Assembly: GCA_043809585.1 (NCBI GenBank)
Contig: JBDROZ010000022.1
Coordinates: 1 to 64,000, forward strand
From: Candidatus Eiseniibacteriota bacterium
GTDB taxonomy: Bacteria > Orphanbacterota > Orphanbacteria > Orphanbacterales > Orphanbacteraceae
Length of the DNA stretch: 64,000 nt
Direction of reading: 5' to 3'
Shown: positions 39,894-50,924 of the stretch, in pieces
How positions within the stretch are numbered: the first letter of the stretch is position 1
Layout: every line of letters starts with the position of its first letter
Notes under the pieces: generated by a model
Seen by the model: the letters and a program-made list of their open reading frames with translations, nothing else
What the model was told of the DNA's origin: nothing
Databases searched by the model: none
Translations under genes and position numbers: made by a program

Positions 39894-41723
39894 ATGAGCA
39901 CGACCGCCCCCCGAGTCAAGACCACCCTTTATCAGAAGGCGTTTCTTCTCCTCTTCGGATTCCTCCTCGTGATCGCCCTCGAGGGGGTGCTGCGTATCGC
40001 CGGCGTCGGCGGCCCGACCGGTCTTTACGTGAAGACGAAGGACGGGAGGGGGCGGGAGGTGTACGTCACCAACCAGGCCCTCAACCGCCGTCTCTTCTTC
40101 CCCGTCACCGGCGACAAGACGAATTTCCCCCGCCCTCAGATGCCGTACTCCCGGTTTTCCGTAAAGAAGGATCCGGGCACGTTCCGGTTCTTCACCGCCG
40201 GCGCCTCTTCATCGGTGGCGATGCCCTACGGACCGAACGCGGCCTTCACGAACTTCCTCCGGGAGATGATCGCCGCCGGCATGCCGGGGGCGAAAGTGGA
40301 GGGGATCAACGCCTCCATGACCGCCGTGAGCAGCTACCAGGTCGGGCGCTGGGTGGGGGAGATCCTCGATCGCTACGATCCCGATCTCGTGCTTGTCTAC
40401 ACGGGGCACAACGAGTTCTACGGAGTCCTCGGCGCGGGCTCCGCCATGTCCGTCGGTCCGAACCGGACCGTCACACGGATCTTTCAGAGCGTCCAGGAAA
40501 CCGCGATCTACGCGCTCCTGGCCGGGGCGATCGAGAAGGTGAAGCGTCCACGCGAGGGGGCGCCGAGAGCCCAACCCCTCGAGTCGCTCACCCGGGACCG
40601 GCAGATTCGCGTGGACGGTCCGATGCACCGGGCCACGGAAGCGGCGTTCCGGGAGAACCTGGAGGAGATGGCTTCGAAGGCGGAGCGGAAGAGGGTGCCC
40701 ATCGTCTTTTGCGCCCCCGTGTCGAACCGGGCGGCGTGCGGTCCCATGGGCCCCATGCACCGGGAGGACTTCCCCGAGGAGTCGCTCCCTTCGTGGGACC
40801 GCACCATTCAAACCGGGGACTCGTACCTCCGCCTCGGCGAGCTCGACGAGGCGCGGACCGAATACCTGCGGGCGGCGAAGGAGGACAGCACCCACGCCGG
40901 TCTCCTCTTTCGGCTGGGGCTGCTCGAGGCGAACCGCGGGGAGTGGGGGGCGGCGCGGCGCTATCTGGACGAGGCGGTGCTTCACGACGGGGTGCGGCTC
41001 CGCGCTTCGGACCGGATCGTCGACGTGGTGCGGAGGGTGGCGGAAGCCCACCGGTCCGGCGGCTACGTGCACCTGGCCGACTTGATCCGGCGGTTCGAAG
41101 ACGAATCGCCGGGGGGCCTCGTCGGCTCCAATCTGATCCTCGAGCACATCCACATGAACGGCCGGGGGCACTACCTGGCGGCGTCGGAGATCTATGAGAC
41201 CCTGCTCCGGAGCGGGCGCTTCCCGGGGATGGGCGAAGGAGGGCGTCTCTCCTACGAGGAAGCGTGCCGCCGGACCGGGTACGGCCCCCTCGACGACGCC
41301 TTCGCGGCTTCCTTCATGGCAGTCATGCTGCGGCGCTGGCCTTTCGAGGGTACCTTCGGGAACGAGGCGGAGATCCGGTTCATGGAAGCCCGGGTCCGGG
41401 AGGCCCGTGAGAAGATGGACCCCGTGGAGCGGGAGGCTTTCGACGGCCACCCGGTCGGCGCCACGGTGCTCCAGCTTTATCACCGCGTCGGCAAGGCGTG
41501 GCTCGAGGCGGGGGAGTACGAGAAGGCGGCCGTCCGGTTCCGGCTTCTCGCCGAGATGCTCCCCGTCGTGCCCCAAGCGTGGATCGATCTCGCCAGGTCC
41601 CTCGCCGGGGCCGGCCGGGAGGAGGAAGCGCGGGGGGCACTCGGCGAAGCCGTCCACCTCGGCGCCGACCCCGCCGCGACCGCCGCCGATCCTCTCCTCG
41701 CCCCGCTCGGCGGCGATCGATAG
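39894..41723 (+). CDS. SGNH-hydrolase-like / TPR membrane protein
   Basis: TM anchor (LEGVLRI), GASS, YTGHNEF, EHIHMNGRGH and TPR segments. Confidence 0.75.
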   Translation: MSTTAPRVKTTLYQKAFLLLFGFLLVIALEGVLRIAGVGGPTGLYVKTKDGRGREVYVTNQALNRRLFFPVTGDKTNFPRPQMPYSRFSVKKDPGTFRFFTAGASSSVAMPYGPNAAFTNFLREMIAAGMPGAKVEGINASMTAVSSYQVGRWVGEILDRYDPDLVLVYTGHNEFYGVLGAGSAMSVGPNRTVTRIFQSVQETAIYALLAGAIEKVKRPREGAPRAQPLESLTRDRQIRVDGPMHRATEAAFRENLEEMASKAERKRVPIVFCAPVSNRAACGPMGPMHREDFPEESLPSWDRTIQTGDSYLRLGELDEARTEYLRAAKEDSTHAGLLFRLGLLEANRGEWGAARRYLDEAVLHDGVRLRASDRIVDVVRRVAEAHRSGGYVHLADLIRRFEDESPGGLVGSNLILEHIHMNGRGHYLAASEIYETLLRSGRFPGMGEGGRLSYEEACRRTGYGPLDDAFAASFMAVMLRRWPFEGTFGNEAEIRFMEARVREAREKMDPVEREAFDGHPVGATVLQLYHRVGKAWLEAGEYEKAAVRFRLLAEMLPVVPQAWIDLARSLAGAGREEEARGALGEAVHLGADPAATAADPLLAPLGGDR

Positions 41724-41745
41724 CACTCTTCGTCAGTGACAGACG

Positions 41746-42789
41746 CTACAGTTCGTCCCCCTCCGGGGGGACCAGGCGGAGGGCCTTGTTCGCCATGGTG
41801 GTGAGGGGGAATTCGGCGAGGTCTTCACGGGCGACCCAGCGGCCGCCCGGACCGGACCGGGCGGGGCCTTCGGTCCGGGCCGCGAAGACGTCGATCTCGT
41901 AGCGGCGGTGAAGAATGGTGTGGCGGAAGGAACCCCTCTTCGAGACGGGCCCCGCCGCGGGGGGGGGCTCGCCGGGCAGATCCCACATCCCCGCCATCCT
42001 CCCCCCCTCCGGCCTTCGCAGGAAAAGGACGCGCCCCCGCCGGTCGGTCACGACGTACATCTCCCGCTCGATCCTCTCCGGCCGCCGCTTCGGCCGCGCC
42101 TCGGGAAAACGATCGACCTCGCCCCGCGCGTGGGCGGCGCACCGGCGCCGAACCGGGCAGGCCGCGCATCCCGGGCTACTCGGCGTGCATATCAGGGCGC
42201 CCAGTTCCATCAACGCCTGGTTGAAGTCGCCGGGATTGCGGGAAGGAACGAGGGTCTCCGCGATCTCCCAGAACCGTTTCTTGTCCGCCTCCCGGTTCCA
42301 AGACCCGGTCAGCGCGAAGAACCGTGCGAAGACGCGGAAGACGTTGCCGTCCAGGATAGGCGCCCGGAGTCCGAACGCGATGGAGCGAATCGCGCCCGCC
42401 GTGTAGCGGCCGATACCGGGAAGCGCCATGAGCTCTTCCTCGCCGGAGGGGAGAGCCCCCCCGTGAAGGCGCACGACTTTCTCCGCCGCCGCCTTCAGGA
42501 GCCGCGCCCGGCGGTAGTAGCCGAGCCCCGCCCAGAGGGTCAACACCTCGTCGACCGGCGCCCGGGCAAGGGCGGCCGCATCCGGCAGCTTTTCGACGAA
42601 CCGTTCGTAGTAGGGAATCGCGGCGGCGACCCGCGTCTGCTGGAGCATCGCCTCGGAGATCCAGATGCGATAAGGATCTGTCGTTCGGCGCCACGGGAGG
42701 TCGCGGCGCCTCTCCCCGTACCAGCGGGCGAGCCGGGCCCGCAGATACCGGGTCCGCGCGGGATCGACGAGCGACGACGCCATCCGCAT
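41746..42789 (-). CDS. mutY: A/G-specific adenine glycosylase
   Basis: RDLPWR, SEAMLQQTRV, WAGLGYYRRA, LPGIGRYTA, DGNV and the Fe-S motif C-x6-C-x2-C-x5-C. Confidence 0.95.
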   Translation of the reverse strand: MRMASSLVDPARTRYLRARLARWYGERRRDLPWRRTTDPYRIWISEAMLQQTRVAAAIPYYERFVEKLPDAAALARAPVDEVLTLWAGLGYYRRARLLKAAAEKVVRLHGGALPSGEEELMALPGIGRYTAGAIRSIAFGLRAPILDGNVFRVFARFFALTGSWNREADKKRFWEIAETLVPSRNPGDFNQALMELGALICTPSSPGCAACPVRRRCAAHARGEVDRFPEARPKRRPERIEREMYVVTDRRGRVLFLRRPEGGRMAGMWDLPGEPPPAAGPVSKRGSFRHTILHRRYEIDVFAARTEGPARSGPGGRWVAREDLAEFPLTTMANKALRLVPPEGDEL

Positions 42790-42929
42790 CCTCCCTCACC
42801 GTACCCCGCGGCGCATGACACTCCCCCCACAACAGAACCGCCCTCCCCGAGGCGAGGGCGGCGAAGGCATTCGCGCGGCGCTCCGCGTTCCGGCAACGGC
42901 GAAGAGGAGCACCCGGCGACCCGTGTGAA

Positions 42930-43202
42930 TCAGATGTGGATCATGTTCTCGGAGCCCCAAATCGAGAGGCGCCGGATCTGATCGAAAGGGATGTACTGGG
43001 TAACCGAGGACAACTCGCCCTTCTTCTTCGCTTCGTACATGACCTCGACGAAATCGTCCCCCACATTGACCAGCTTGGCCGGGAACGTCTCGAGATCGAT
43101 CGCGTTTGTGATGGCGCCCCGACGGAAGCTCTGGGGGTTGACGACGGTCACCTCTCCACCCTTCCAGGAAGTCAGGATGGACTTGAAGTTCGATTCGGGC
43201 AT
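42930..43202 (-). CDS. Small hypothetical protein (90 aa), possible Sm/LSm-like fold
   Basis: Strong AAGGAGGAG SD. Helix followed by beta pattern (AKLVNVGDDFVEV...YIPFDQI). Confidence 0.65.
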   Translation of the reverse strand: MPESNFKSILTSWKGGEVTVVNPQSFRRGAITNAIDLETFPAKLVNVGDDFVEVMYEAKKKGELSSVTQYIPFDQIRRLSIWGSENMIHI

Positions 43203-43483
43203 TCTCTCCTCCTTGATGTTGCCGGCGCGTGTCATACGGGAACTCGTCCCGGAACGCGCCCTACCGATCCACCATCATCGGATGCCGAAATAGTAGCACA
43301 GGCCCCCCCCGGGGAAAGCAGAAATCGGCCCGCCCCCCCCCGCGGGGGTCCCTAAGCCGAACCGGCCTAACTGCCGATGATCGGAGGAGAAAGGGCTTCG
43401 ACGGGTGGGTCTTCTCCCCCCGCCGGGAATCGACGTCCGCCCGGATGGTGACCGGGCCGGATTCCGGGAAAGGTCACGGGCCG

Positions 43484-46024
43484 ATGGCATCGCGAAGACA
43501 GCCCTCATCCGAAACAAACGCCTGGGTCGGCCGGTGGCGCGACCTGCCGCGAGTGAACATTCGCGTCAAATTCGCTCTTCTCGTCGTCTCCTTGGCTGTT
43601 TTTCTCGGTTCCTTCCTCGGCTGGAACTACTTCGCCCGAACCCGGACCCTCCTGGTGCAAGGTCTCGAGGGGAAGGGGACCGCGATCGCCCGATCCATCG
43701 CCTACAACGCGTGGTACGGCGTCTTCGCCGGCGACCGGGAGGCGCTCCTCACCCTCTCCCGCGGGCCCCTCGGCGAGAACGAGGTGGCCTACGTGGCGAT
43801 CGTGGGGAGCGGGGGCGAGATCCTCGCGCAGTCGGTCCGCCCCACCGAAGCGCCCCCTTCGCTCCTCGGATCTCTCGGCCGCCACCAACCCATCGACCAG
43901 AGCCGTTCCGAGATCGTGGAAGACGAACACGGGGTCCGTTACATCGAGATCACCAGCCCCATTCTCCGTGAGACCGCCCCCGCCTCGGACGGCGAGTCCC
44001 TTCTCTGGTCGTCCGCCGGGACCGGGGGCGGAAGCTCCTCGGACCCCGCCCGGAAGTATCTCGGCCAAGTGGTCGTCGGTCTTCCGTACGATCACATCAG
44101 CCACCAGCTCCACACGATCGTACCCCGCATGGCGATCGCCACGGTGATCGCCGTCGCCGTGGGCCTCACGTTCGTGCTCGGTCTTCTGTCCGTTTTCACC
44201 AGGCCCCTCCGGCGCATGGCGGAGACGACCCAGCGCATCGCCTCCGGCGATCTCGCCCAGCGTGTCGAGGTGTCGTCGAAGGACGAGATCGGGACCCTGG
44301 CCGCCAGCTTCAACACCATGGTCCGGTCTCTCCGGGCCCGGGACCGGCGCCTCCAGGCGAACCGGAAGATGCTCGAGGCGTCGAACGAGGAGCTGAAGAA
44401 GCTCGACCGGCGGAAGACCGAGTTCCTGGCGAACATGTCCCACGAACTCCGCACCCCCTTGAACGCGATCATCGGGTTCTCCGAGGTTCTCCGGGACCGC
44501 TGCTTCGGCGACCTGACGGCGAAGCAGGAGGAGTACGTGGAGGACATCCTCGAGAGCGGCCGCCACCTCCTGACCCTCATCAACGACATCCTCGATCTCT
44601 CCAAGATCGAAGCGGGGATGATGGCGATCGAGAGGGGGACGGTCGATCTGAAGGATCTCCTCCGGCGCTCCGTGGTGATGATCAAGGAGCGGGCGGGCAA
44701 GAATTGCATCCGCACCTCCGTGGAGACCGAGAACCTGCCGGATACCGTCGTGATCGACGAGCGGAAAGTGAAGCAGATCGTCTACAACCTCCTCGCCAAC
44801 GCGGTGAAGTTCACGCCCGAGGGGGGTCGTGTGGGCATCCGGGCCACCGGGGGCGACGGTAACGTCGTGGTGGAGGTGTGGGACTCGGGCATCGGAATCG
44901 CCGAAGAGGACATAGGGAAAGTCTTCAACAAGTTCGAGCAGCTCGACAGCTCGTCCTCCCGGAAATACGAAGGGACCGGGCTCGGTCTCTCCCTCGCCAA
45001 GTCGATGGTCGATCTCCACGGGGGCAGGATCTGGGTCGAGAGCGAAGTCGGCAAGGGGAGCCGCTTCTGCTTCACCCTTCCCCTCGCCCCGGAATCGGCC
45101 GCCGCGGAAGAGGAATCGACGATCCGGGACCTCGGCGACACGAGCCGCGTCGCCTGTCTCTTCAAGCCCAGCCGGCTCGGCCCCCGGATCCTCGTCGTCG
45201 AGGACGAGCCGGGGACGGCGGACCTGTGCGCCACCTACCTGCGCTCGGCCGGATTCCGGGCCGAAACGGCGGCGGGGGGCCGGGAGGCGCTGGAGAAGGC
45301 GAGGCAGCTCCGCCCGGCGGCGATCCTCCTCGACCTCCTCCTCCCCGACATGGACGGATGGGAGGTGCTCACCCGCCTCAAGGAAGACCCGGCGACCGAG
45401 GAGATCCCGGTGGTGATCGGTTCGATCGTCGACGACCGGGAAAGGGGATACGCCCTGGGCGCGACGGACTATCTCATGAAGCCCTTCGGCAAGGAGTCCC
45501 TCCTCGCCGCCTTCGAGAGGGCGATGACCGCGAAAGCGACGGCGGACCGGCGCCCACGGGTTCTCGTGATCGACGACGATCCCGCGGCCCGCCGCTTGGT
45601 CCGGGCCGTGTTCACCCCCCGCGGCGTCGACGTGATCGAGGCGGCGTGCGGCGGGGAGGGGGTTCTGGCGGTGGGCGAGGCGCTCCCCGACCTGATCTTC
45701 CTCGACTTCCTGCTCCCCGACGTCCCCTGCGTCGAGGCGGTCCGGCGGATCCGGGAGCATCCGATCGCGAGGGGGATTCCGATCGTACTCGTCACGGCCC
45801 GGGAGTTGACCGAGGAGGACCGCGCTCAGGTCTCGGGCGAAGTGGACCTCTTCGCCCGCAAGGGAGAGCTCTCCCGGGGCGACGTGATCGAAGAGATCGA
45901 GGCGCTGTTTCGAACGGAAGACCGGAACGGAGAAAGTGCTCTGTGGGCGGAATCGGACGGGGAAGGCGAATTCTCGTCGTCGAAGACAACCCCAAGAACC
46001 TCAAGCTCGTCACCGATCTCCTGA
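43484..46024 (+). CDS. Membrane hybrid histidine kinase (HAMP-HisKA-HATPase-2xREC)
   Basis: Two TM helices, HAMP ([11 protein letters not shown]), [16 protein letters not shown] and two receiver domains. Confidence 0.92.
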   Translation: MASRRQPSSETNAWVGRWRDLPRVNIRVKFALLVVSLAVFLGSFLGWNYFARTRTLLVQGLEGKGTAIARSIAYNAWYGVFAGDREALLTLSRGPLGENEVAYVAIVGSGGEILAQSVRPTEAPPSLLGSLGRHQPIDQSRSEIVEDEHGVRYIEITSPILRETAPASDGESLLWSSAGTGGGSSSDPARKYLGQVVVGLPYDHISHQLHTIVPRMAIATVIAVAVGLTFVLGLLSVFTRPLRRMAETTQRIASGDLAQRVEVSSKDEIGTLAASFNTMVRSLRARDRRLQANRKMLEASNEELKKLDRRKTEFLANMSHELRTPLNAIIGFSEVLRDRCFGDLTAKQEEYVEDILESGRHLLTLINDILDLSKIEAGMMAIERGTVDLKDLLRRSVVMIKERAGKNCIRTSVETENLPDTVVIDERKVKQIVYNLLANAVKFTPEGGRVGIRATGGDGNVVVEVWDSGIGIAEEDIGKVFNKFEQLDSSSSRKYEGTGLGLSLAKSMVDLHGGRIWVESEVGKGSRFCFTLPLAPESAAAEEESTIRDLGDTSRVACLFKPSRLGPRILVVEDEPGTADLCATYLRSAGFRAETAAGGREALEKARQLRPAAILLDLLLPDMDGWEVLTRLKEDPATEEIPVVIGSIVDDRERGYALGATDYLMKPFGKESLLAAFERAMTAKATADRRPRVLVIDDDPAARRLVRAVFTPRGVDVIEAACGGEGVLAVGEALPDLIFLDFLLPDVPCVEAVRRIREHPIARGIPIVLVTARELTEEDRAQVSGEVDLFARKGELSRGDVIEEIEALFRTEDRNGESALWAESDGEGEFSSSKTTPRTSSSSPIS

Positions 46025-47853
46025 CCTACCGGGGTCACGAGGTTCTGACGGCGGGGGACGGGGAGTCGGGGATCGACACGGCGATCCGGGAGATTCCGGA
46101 TCTGATCCTGATGGATCTCCAGTTGCCCGGTCTGGACGGGCTCTCGGCGACGGAGCGCATCAAGGCGGACGAGAGGACGGCCCGAATTCCGGTGCTGGCC
46201 GTGACCGCCCACGCCCTCCGGGAGGACTCGCGCAGGATCCGTCAGGCCGGCTGCGACGGGTATGTCACGAAGCCGATCCGAACCCGCGAGTTCATCCGGG
46301 TCGTGGAGGAGGCCCTCAAGATCGATTCGATCTCCGTCGCGGGGGAACCGGCGGAGCGAAAGAAACCGGCGGAGGGGCCGCCCCCCGGGACCGCCAAGGG
46401 CACCGTGCTCGTGGTGGACGACGAAGAGCGGAACCGCCGTCTCATCGAGGCGACCCTGGCGCCTCTCGGCTATGAATTGATACACTCCCCCAGCGGCGAG
46501 GAAGCCCTCGCGCGCATCGAGAAGGTCCGCCCGGACCTGGTCCTCCTCGACATCATGATGCCGGGCATGGACGGCATCGAGGTGACGAAGCGGGTCCGCG
46601 CCAACCCCGAGACGAGCCACATCCCGATCATCCTCCTTACCGCTTTCGCCGACGCCGAGCGGAGGCTGAAGGGAATCGAAGCGGGATGCGACGATTTCGT
46701 GGCGAAGCCCTTCGACCGGCTCGAGCTGACGGCCCGGATCCGGTCGCTCCTCAAGATCAGCTTCTACCGGACCCAGATGGCCAACAGCCGGAAGTTCGAC
46801 ATCGTCTTCGAAGAGGCGGGCGACGGCGTGGTGATCATGGACGGGGAATGGAAAGTGGAGGCGGCCAACGAGGTCGCCCGCCGCCTCTTGGAGCTCCCCG
46901 ATCCGCGGCCCGCGGATTTCCGCCTCATCGATCACCTCTACCGGGCGCTCGACATCTCGGTGGAACTCCGGAAGCTCCGGGATCCGGGTCGACGGGAGAC
47001 CAGGTTCGAGATCCGGCGGCCGGAAACGGAATCGCTCCGCCCCCTCGTTCTCGAATCGACTGTGAAGAAGATCCTCGGGCCGGAAGGAACCGTGGCGACC
47101 GTGGTCCTCACCATCAAGGACATTACCGGCCGCTGGACCGAGGACCGGCTCAAGGAGGACTTTCTCTCGGGCGTCTCCCACAAGCTGAAGACGCCCCTCG
47201 CCGTGATCATGGCGAACAACGAAGGGCTGATGAACGAGTACCTCGGCCCGATCGCGCCCGACCAGCGGGAGGCGATCCAGGACATGCAGATCGCCGCCCG
47301 GAACCTTCTCTCCCACGTGAACAAGCTGCTGGCGTTCACCTCCCCCGATTCGTTCCAGCACGGCAGCTGGGCCCGGGAGCCCCTCGTCAGCTTCCTCTCG
47401 AACTATCTGGAGCGGCTGAAGATCCAGTACGAGTCGGAGGCGGTGACATTCGCCCTTCGCATCGGCGACGACGTGGCGGATCTCCTCGTCACCCCCCTAC
47501 CGGTGACCGTGGCCCTCGACAACCTGGCGGAAAACGCGGTGAAGTTCCGGGGGAACGGGCCGGTCCTGGTGCACATCGGGGCGCGGCGCGTATCCGAGGG
47601 ATGGGTCGAAATCTCGGTGGAGGACAACGGACCCGGCATCCCCGCGGAGTATCACCGGACCATTTTCGAGAAGTTCTACCAGCTGGAGAAGTACCACACC
47701 GGGCGCGTGGCGGGGGCCGGCCTCGGCCTCTCGCTCACGAAGCGCGTGATCGAGGGGCTCGGCGGAACGATCCGGGTCCAGTCCCGTCTCGGCGAGGGGG
47801 CGACCTTCTCGTTCACCGTCCCGGCGACCCGCGGCGCAGATCTCGAAGCATAG
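45943..47853 (+). CDS. Cytoplasmic REC-REC-PAS-histidine kinase
   Basis: [40 protein letters not shown] and GAGLGL. GTG start inferred. Confidence 0.85.
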   Translation: MGGIGRGRRILVVEDNPKNLKLVTDLLTYRGHEVLTAGDGESGIDTAIREIPDLILMDLQLPGLDGLSATERIKADERTARIPVLAVTAHALREDSRRIRQAGCDGYVTKPIRTREFIRVVEEALKIDSISVAGEPAERKKPAEGPPPGTAKGTVLVVDDEERNRRLIEATLAPLGYELIHSPSGEEALARIEKVRPDLVLLDIMMPGMDGIEVTKRVRANPETSHIPIILLTAFADAERRLKGIEAGCDDFVAKPFDRLELTARIRSLLKISFYRTQMANSRKFDIVFEEAGDGVVIMDGEWKVEAANEVARRLLELPDPRPADFRLIDHLYRALDISVELRKLRDPGRRETRFEIRRPETESLRPLVLESTVKKILGPEGTVATVVLTIKDITGRWTEDRLKEDFLSGVSHKLKTPLAVIMANNEGLMNEYLGPIAPDQREAIQDMQIAARNLLSHVNKLLAFTSPDSFQHGSWAREPLVSFLSNYLERLKIQYESEAVTFALRIGDDVADLLVTPLPVTVALDNLAENAVKFRGNGPVLVHIGARRVSEGWVEISVEDNGPGIPAEYHRTIFEKFYQLEKYHTGRVAGAGLGLSLTKRVIEGLGGTIRVQSRLGEGATFSFTVPATRGADLEA

Positions 47854-48796
47854 CCTCCACGCCCTCCCTTCCCAGGCGCCGTCTCACCTCGCCCGTGAAA
47901 TCCTCCGGCGGCTCCGACAGCACCCGGATCGGTTCCCCCTCCGGATCCACCCGGAAGCGGATCGAGAAGGCGTGCAGCATGAGCCGCGGCCCGTCGCTGC
48001 CTCTCTCCTTTCCCTCCCTCACGCGGCCGTACAGGGGATCGCCGATCACGGGGTGTCCCGACTCGGCGAGATGGAGACGGATCTGGTGGCGCCGCCCCTC
48101 GCGGAGATCGGCGATCACGACGGAGACCCGGGCGCCCCGCCACACCGGGCGGACGCACGTCTCCGCGGTCCGGCCCTTGCCCGCCACCATCCGTTTCGCG
48201 CTCTTCGGGTGATGGCCGATCGGGAGGAGAACCGTGAACGGCCGCTCCACGGCGCCGGCCACGAGGGCCACGTATTCCTTCTCCACCCGCCGCCAGCGCC
48301 ACTGCTCCCGGAGCCGGGCGTACGCTTCGTCGTTTCGGGCGGCGACGAGAAGGCCCGACGTTCCCGTGTCGAGCCGGTGGAGGAGGCCCGCCTCGAGGGG
48401 CTTCCCCACGGACCGGAGCTCCGGGAACCGGGCGACGAGACGGCAGGCGAGGGCGTTCGTCTCCTCCCCGTTCTTCGGAATCGTGGGGAGGCCCGCCTCC
48501 TTCTCCACGACCACCACCGACTCGTCTTCGTAGCGGACCACGAGGTCCTCGGCGATGCCGGGGCGGAGTCCGATTTCGACGGGCGGGGAGAGACGGGAGA
48601 GATCGATCCGGTCCCCGGCCGCGACGAGATCGCTCTTCTTCGCGGGCCGCCCGTTCCGGAGGACCTGCCCATCCTCGATCCGCGCCTTCCACCACGCCCG
48701 GGAGACACCGGGAAGACGGCCGCGCAGGAAGAGGTCGAGCCTCCGATTCCCCTCGTCCGGGGTGACCTCGATCTCCGACGGAAAGTTCTCGCCCAT
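47813..48796 (-). CDS. RluA/RluD-family pseudouridine synthase
   Basis: S4 domain (RLDLFL), HRLDTGTSG, GRRHQIR, HPVIGD and LHA. Confidence 0.9.
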   Translation of the reverse strand: MGENFPSEIEVTPDEGNRRLDLFLRGRLPGVSRAWWKARIEDGQVLRNGRPAKKSDLVAAGDRIDLSRLSPPVEIGLRPGIAEDLVVRYEDESVVVVEKEAGLPTIPKNGEETNALACRLVARFPELRSVGKPLEAGLLHRLDTGTSGLLVAARNDEAYARLREQWRWRRVEKEYVALVAGAVERPFTVLLPIGHHPKSAKRMVAGKGRTAETCVRPVWRGARVSVVIADLREGRRHQIRLHLAESGHPVIGDPLYGRVREGKERGSDGPRLMLHAFSIRFRVDPEGEPIRVLSEPPEDFTGEVRRRLGREGVEAMLRDLRRGSPGR

Positions 48797-48878
48797 GGGG
48801 CCCGAGTATACAGCCGCTCTCCGGCCGCCGCCACGCGTCGTTGCGTCCGCCCATGCCGGAGAGTATGCTCATCCCGCC

Positions 48879-49718
48879 ATGACGGGAGAAGATCGGATCA
48901 CGTCGGAGTTTCTGGCCCTCGGCGCCCTGCTCGCCCGGGACGGGCGGTTCGTGCTTCTCTCCGATCTCCTCGGCGCGGGGGGCGCCCTCTTCCGGACCGC
49001 CTGGCACCTCCGTGAGGGGGAGGGCGGGGCGCGGCGTTGGAGCGTCCGCTCCGCCGACGTCTGTCCCGGCGATCCCCTCGGCCGCGCCGCAGAGGCTTAC
49101 GGCTACCGGCTCGTCCGGGGGGAGGGGGGCGGGATGGAAGGGGCGGCGCTCGAGTGCGTGGAACCGATGCAGGGCCTCGGCCACCGCGTCCGCCGGTTCG
49201 CCGAATCGATCCGGGCCGGTCTCGACCTCACCCGTCCGGGGGAACACCGGGAAGGGGCGGTCTTCGCGGTCGGGACCGCGGCGTACCGGACCCTCGCCGT
49301 CGATCTCGCCGCCCCCCCGGGGTCCTTCCTCCCGGAAACGCCCGAAGAAGCCGCACGCCTATCGCCGGAGGTGGAGCGCCTCGGCCTCCCCCCCGACTCT
49401 TGGCCCGCCCTCTCCCTCGGTCTCTCCCTCCGCCGGGCCTTCGTCGTCTTCGCCCGGGCCCGGCGGGACCTGGCGGTCTGGATCGACAGGACGTCCAATT
49501 TCCTCGACTCGAGCACCGCCGTTCCCCACTTCCTGAAAGAGCGCGAACTTCTTCTTCGGGGAGCCGGACGCCTTCTCCCGCCCGGGGAAGAGCTCCTGTC
49601 TCTCGCCGAGAGCGTGAAGAGCGACTCCGTTCTCCGCGGCGCGGGAAGAGACGTCCGCGCCGCCGCCGCGTCCCACGAGAGAGGGATCGCGGCCCTCCGC
49701 TCCGTCTTCGGCCGATAG
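48879..49718 (+). CDS. Hypothetical protein
   Basis: Fills the gap with a plausible globular sequence. TTGCGT-N17-TATGCT lies just upstream. Confidence 0.55.
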   Translation: MTGEDRITSEFLALGALLARDGRFVLLSDLLGAGGALFRTAWHLREGEGGARRWSVRSADVCPGDPLGRAAEAYGYRLVRGEGGGMEGAALECVEPMQGLGHRVRRFAESIRAGLDLTRPGEHREGAVFAVGTAAYRTLAVDLAAPPGSFLPETPEEAARLSPEVERLGLPPDSWPALSLGLSLRRAFVVFARARRDLAVWIDRTSNFLDSSTAVPHFLKERELLLRGAGRLLPPGEELLSLAESVKSDSVLRGAGRDVRAAAASHERGIAALRSVFGR

Positions 49719-49766
49719 CCGGGAAAGGCGTTGCCCGGCCTACCGGCATCCGATACGATCGCCCCC

Positions 49767-50903
49767 ATGAAGATCGCGGTTCTCGGTCTGTTCCCTGAAG
49801 ATGCGGGGCGAATCGTCGGGGGCGTCGAAGCGGTCACGTTCCGCCTCTGCGAAGGACTCTCCCGAATCGAAGACGCCGACGTTCACGCCATGGTCGCCGT
49901 GAAGGGCCGTCCCGAAGGACTCCGCGCCCTCGCCCCGAACTGGACCGTCCACTCCATCGGCGGCACGGGCCGGTTCGGGAACATCCTCTTCGCCCGCCCC
50001 GACCGGGCCCGCATGGTGCGCGCTCTCCGCCGGATCGGCCCCGACATCGTGCACGCCCACAGCACGGACCGTCACGCCCTCGCCGCCCTCGACAGCGGGA
50101 TGCCCGCGGTGGTCAGCATCCACGGCGTGATCGAGATCGAGACGAAACTGGAGCGCCGCCCCGCCGAACGGTTCCGGGGTTTCTTCCGGGAGCGGATGGT
50201 GGCCGACGCGCTCCGGCGGGTGAGAAACGTGATCTACGTGAGCCCCTACCTCCGGGACTTGTACGGGCCGAGGCTCGCCCACGCCCGCACCTGGGTGGTC
50301 GAGAACCCGGTGGGGCCGGTTTTCTTCGAACAGAGGGCCGAACCGGACGACACGACGGTCCTCTTCTCGGGACTCGTCATCCCCCGGAAGGGGATTCGGA
50401 GCCTCCTCGCCGCCGCCGCCCTCGCCCGGAAGGAAGCGCCCGGTCTTCGCCTGCGCATCGCCGGTCTTCAGCCGAACCCGGCCTATCTCGAAGAGGTGAA
50501 GCGCCGCATCGGGGAGCTCGGGCTCGAAGAGGCGGTGGTCTTCACGGGGGGACTCGCGCCGGACGAGCTGGCCGGCGAGATCGCCCGGGCCGCGTTCATG
50601 GTTCTCGTGTCGAGGCAGGACACGTCGCCCGTGTCGATTCAGGAGGCGATGGCCGTCGGGCGGCCCGTGATCGGTTCCTCCATCGGCGGCATTCCCCATC
50701 TCGTGAAGGAAGGGGAGACCGGATTCCTCGTCCCCTACGGCGACCCGGAACTTCTCGCCAGGCGCATGACGGAGCTTCTGGCGAACGAGGAGCTTCGTCG
50801 CCGGTTCTCCGCGAGAGCGCGGGAAGAGGCGGAGCGGCGCTTCTCCATCGACGCCATCGGCCGGAACCACTGGAACATCTACCGGGAGATCCTCGCCGGA
50901 TAG
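49767..50903 (+). CDS. Glycosyltransferase family 4
   Basis: GGVE, FSGLVIPRKG and DTSPVSIQEAMAVG. Confidence 0.88.
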   Translation: MKIAVLGLFPEDAGRIVGGVEAVTFRLCEGLSRIEDADVHAMVAVKGRPEGLRALAPNWTVHSIGGTGRFGNILFARPDRARMVRALRRIGPDIVHAHSTDRHALAALDSGMPAVVSIHGVIEIETKLERRPAERFRGFFRERMVADALRRVRNVIYVSPYLRDLYGPRLAHARTWVVENPVGPVFFEQRAEPDDTTVLFSGLVIPRKGIRSLLAAAALARKEAPGLRLRIAGLQPNPAYLEEVKRRIGELGLEEAVVFTGGLAPDELAGEIARAAFMVLVSRQDTSPVSIQEAMAVGRPVIGSSIGGIPHLVKEGETGFLVPYGDPELLARRMTELLANEELRRRFSARAREEAERRFSIDAIGRNHWNIYREILAG

Positions 50904-50924
50904 CCCGTGTCCTCTTCTTCCTCG

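Noticed and set aside
42790-42930. GC hairpins upstream of mutY as another family copy or a riboswitch
   Set aside because: They lack the conserved family motifs and any recognisable riboswitch consensus.
43353-43380. Sigma28-like promoter TAAG-N16-GCCGATGA before the hybrid kinase
   Set aside because: Spacing is off consensus and there is no flagellar context in the window.
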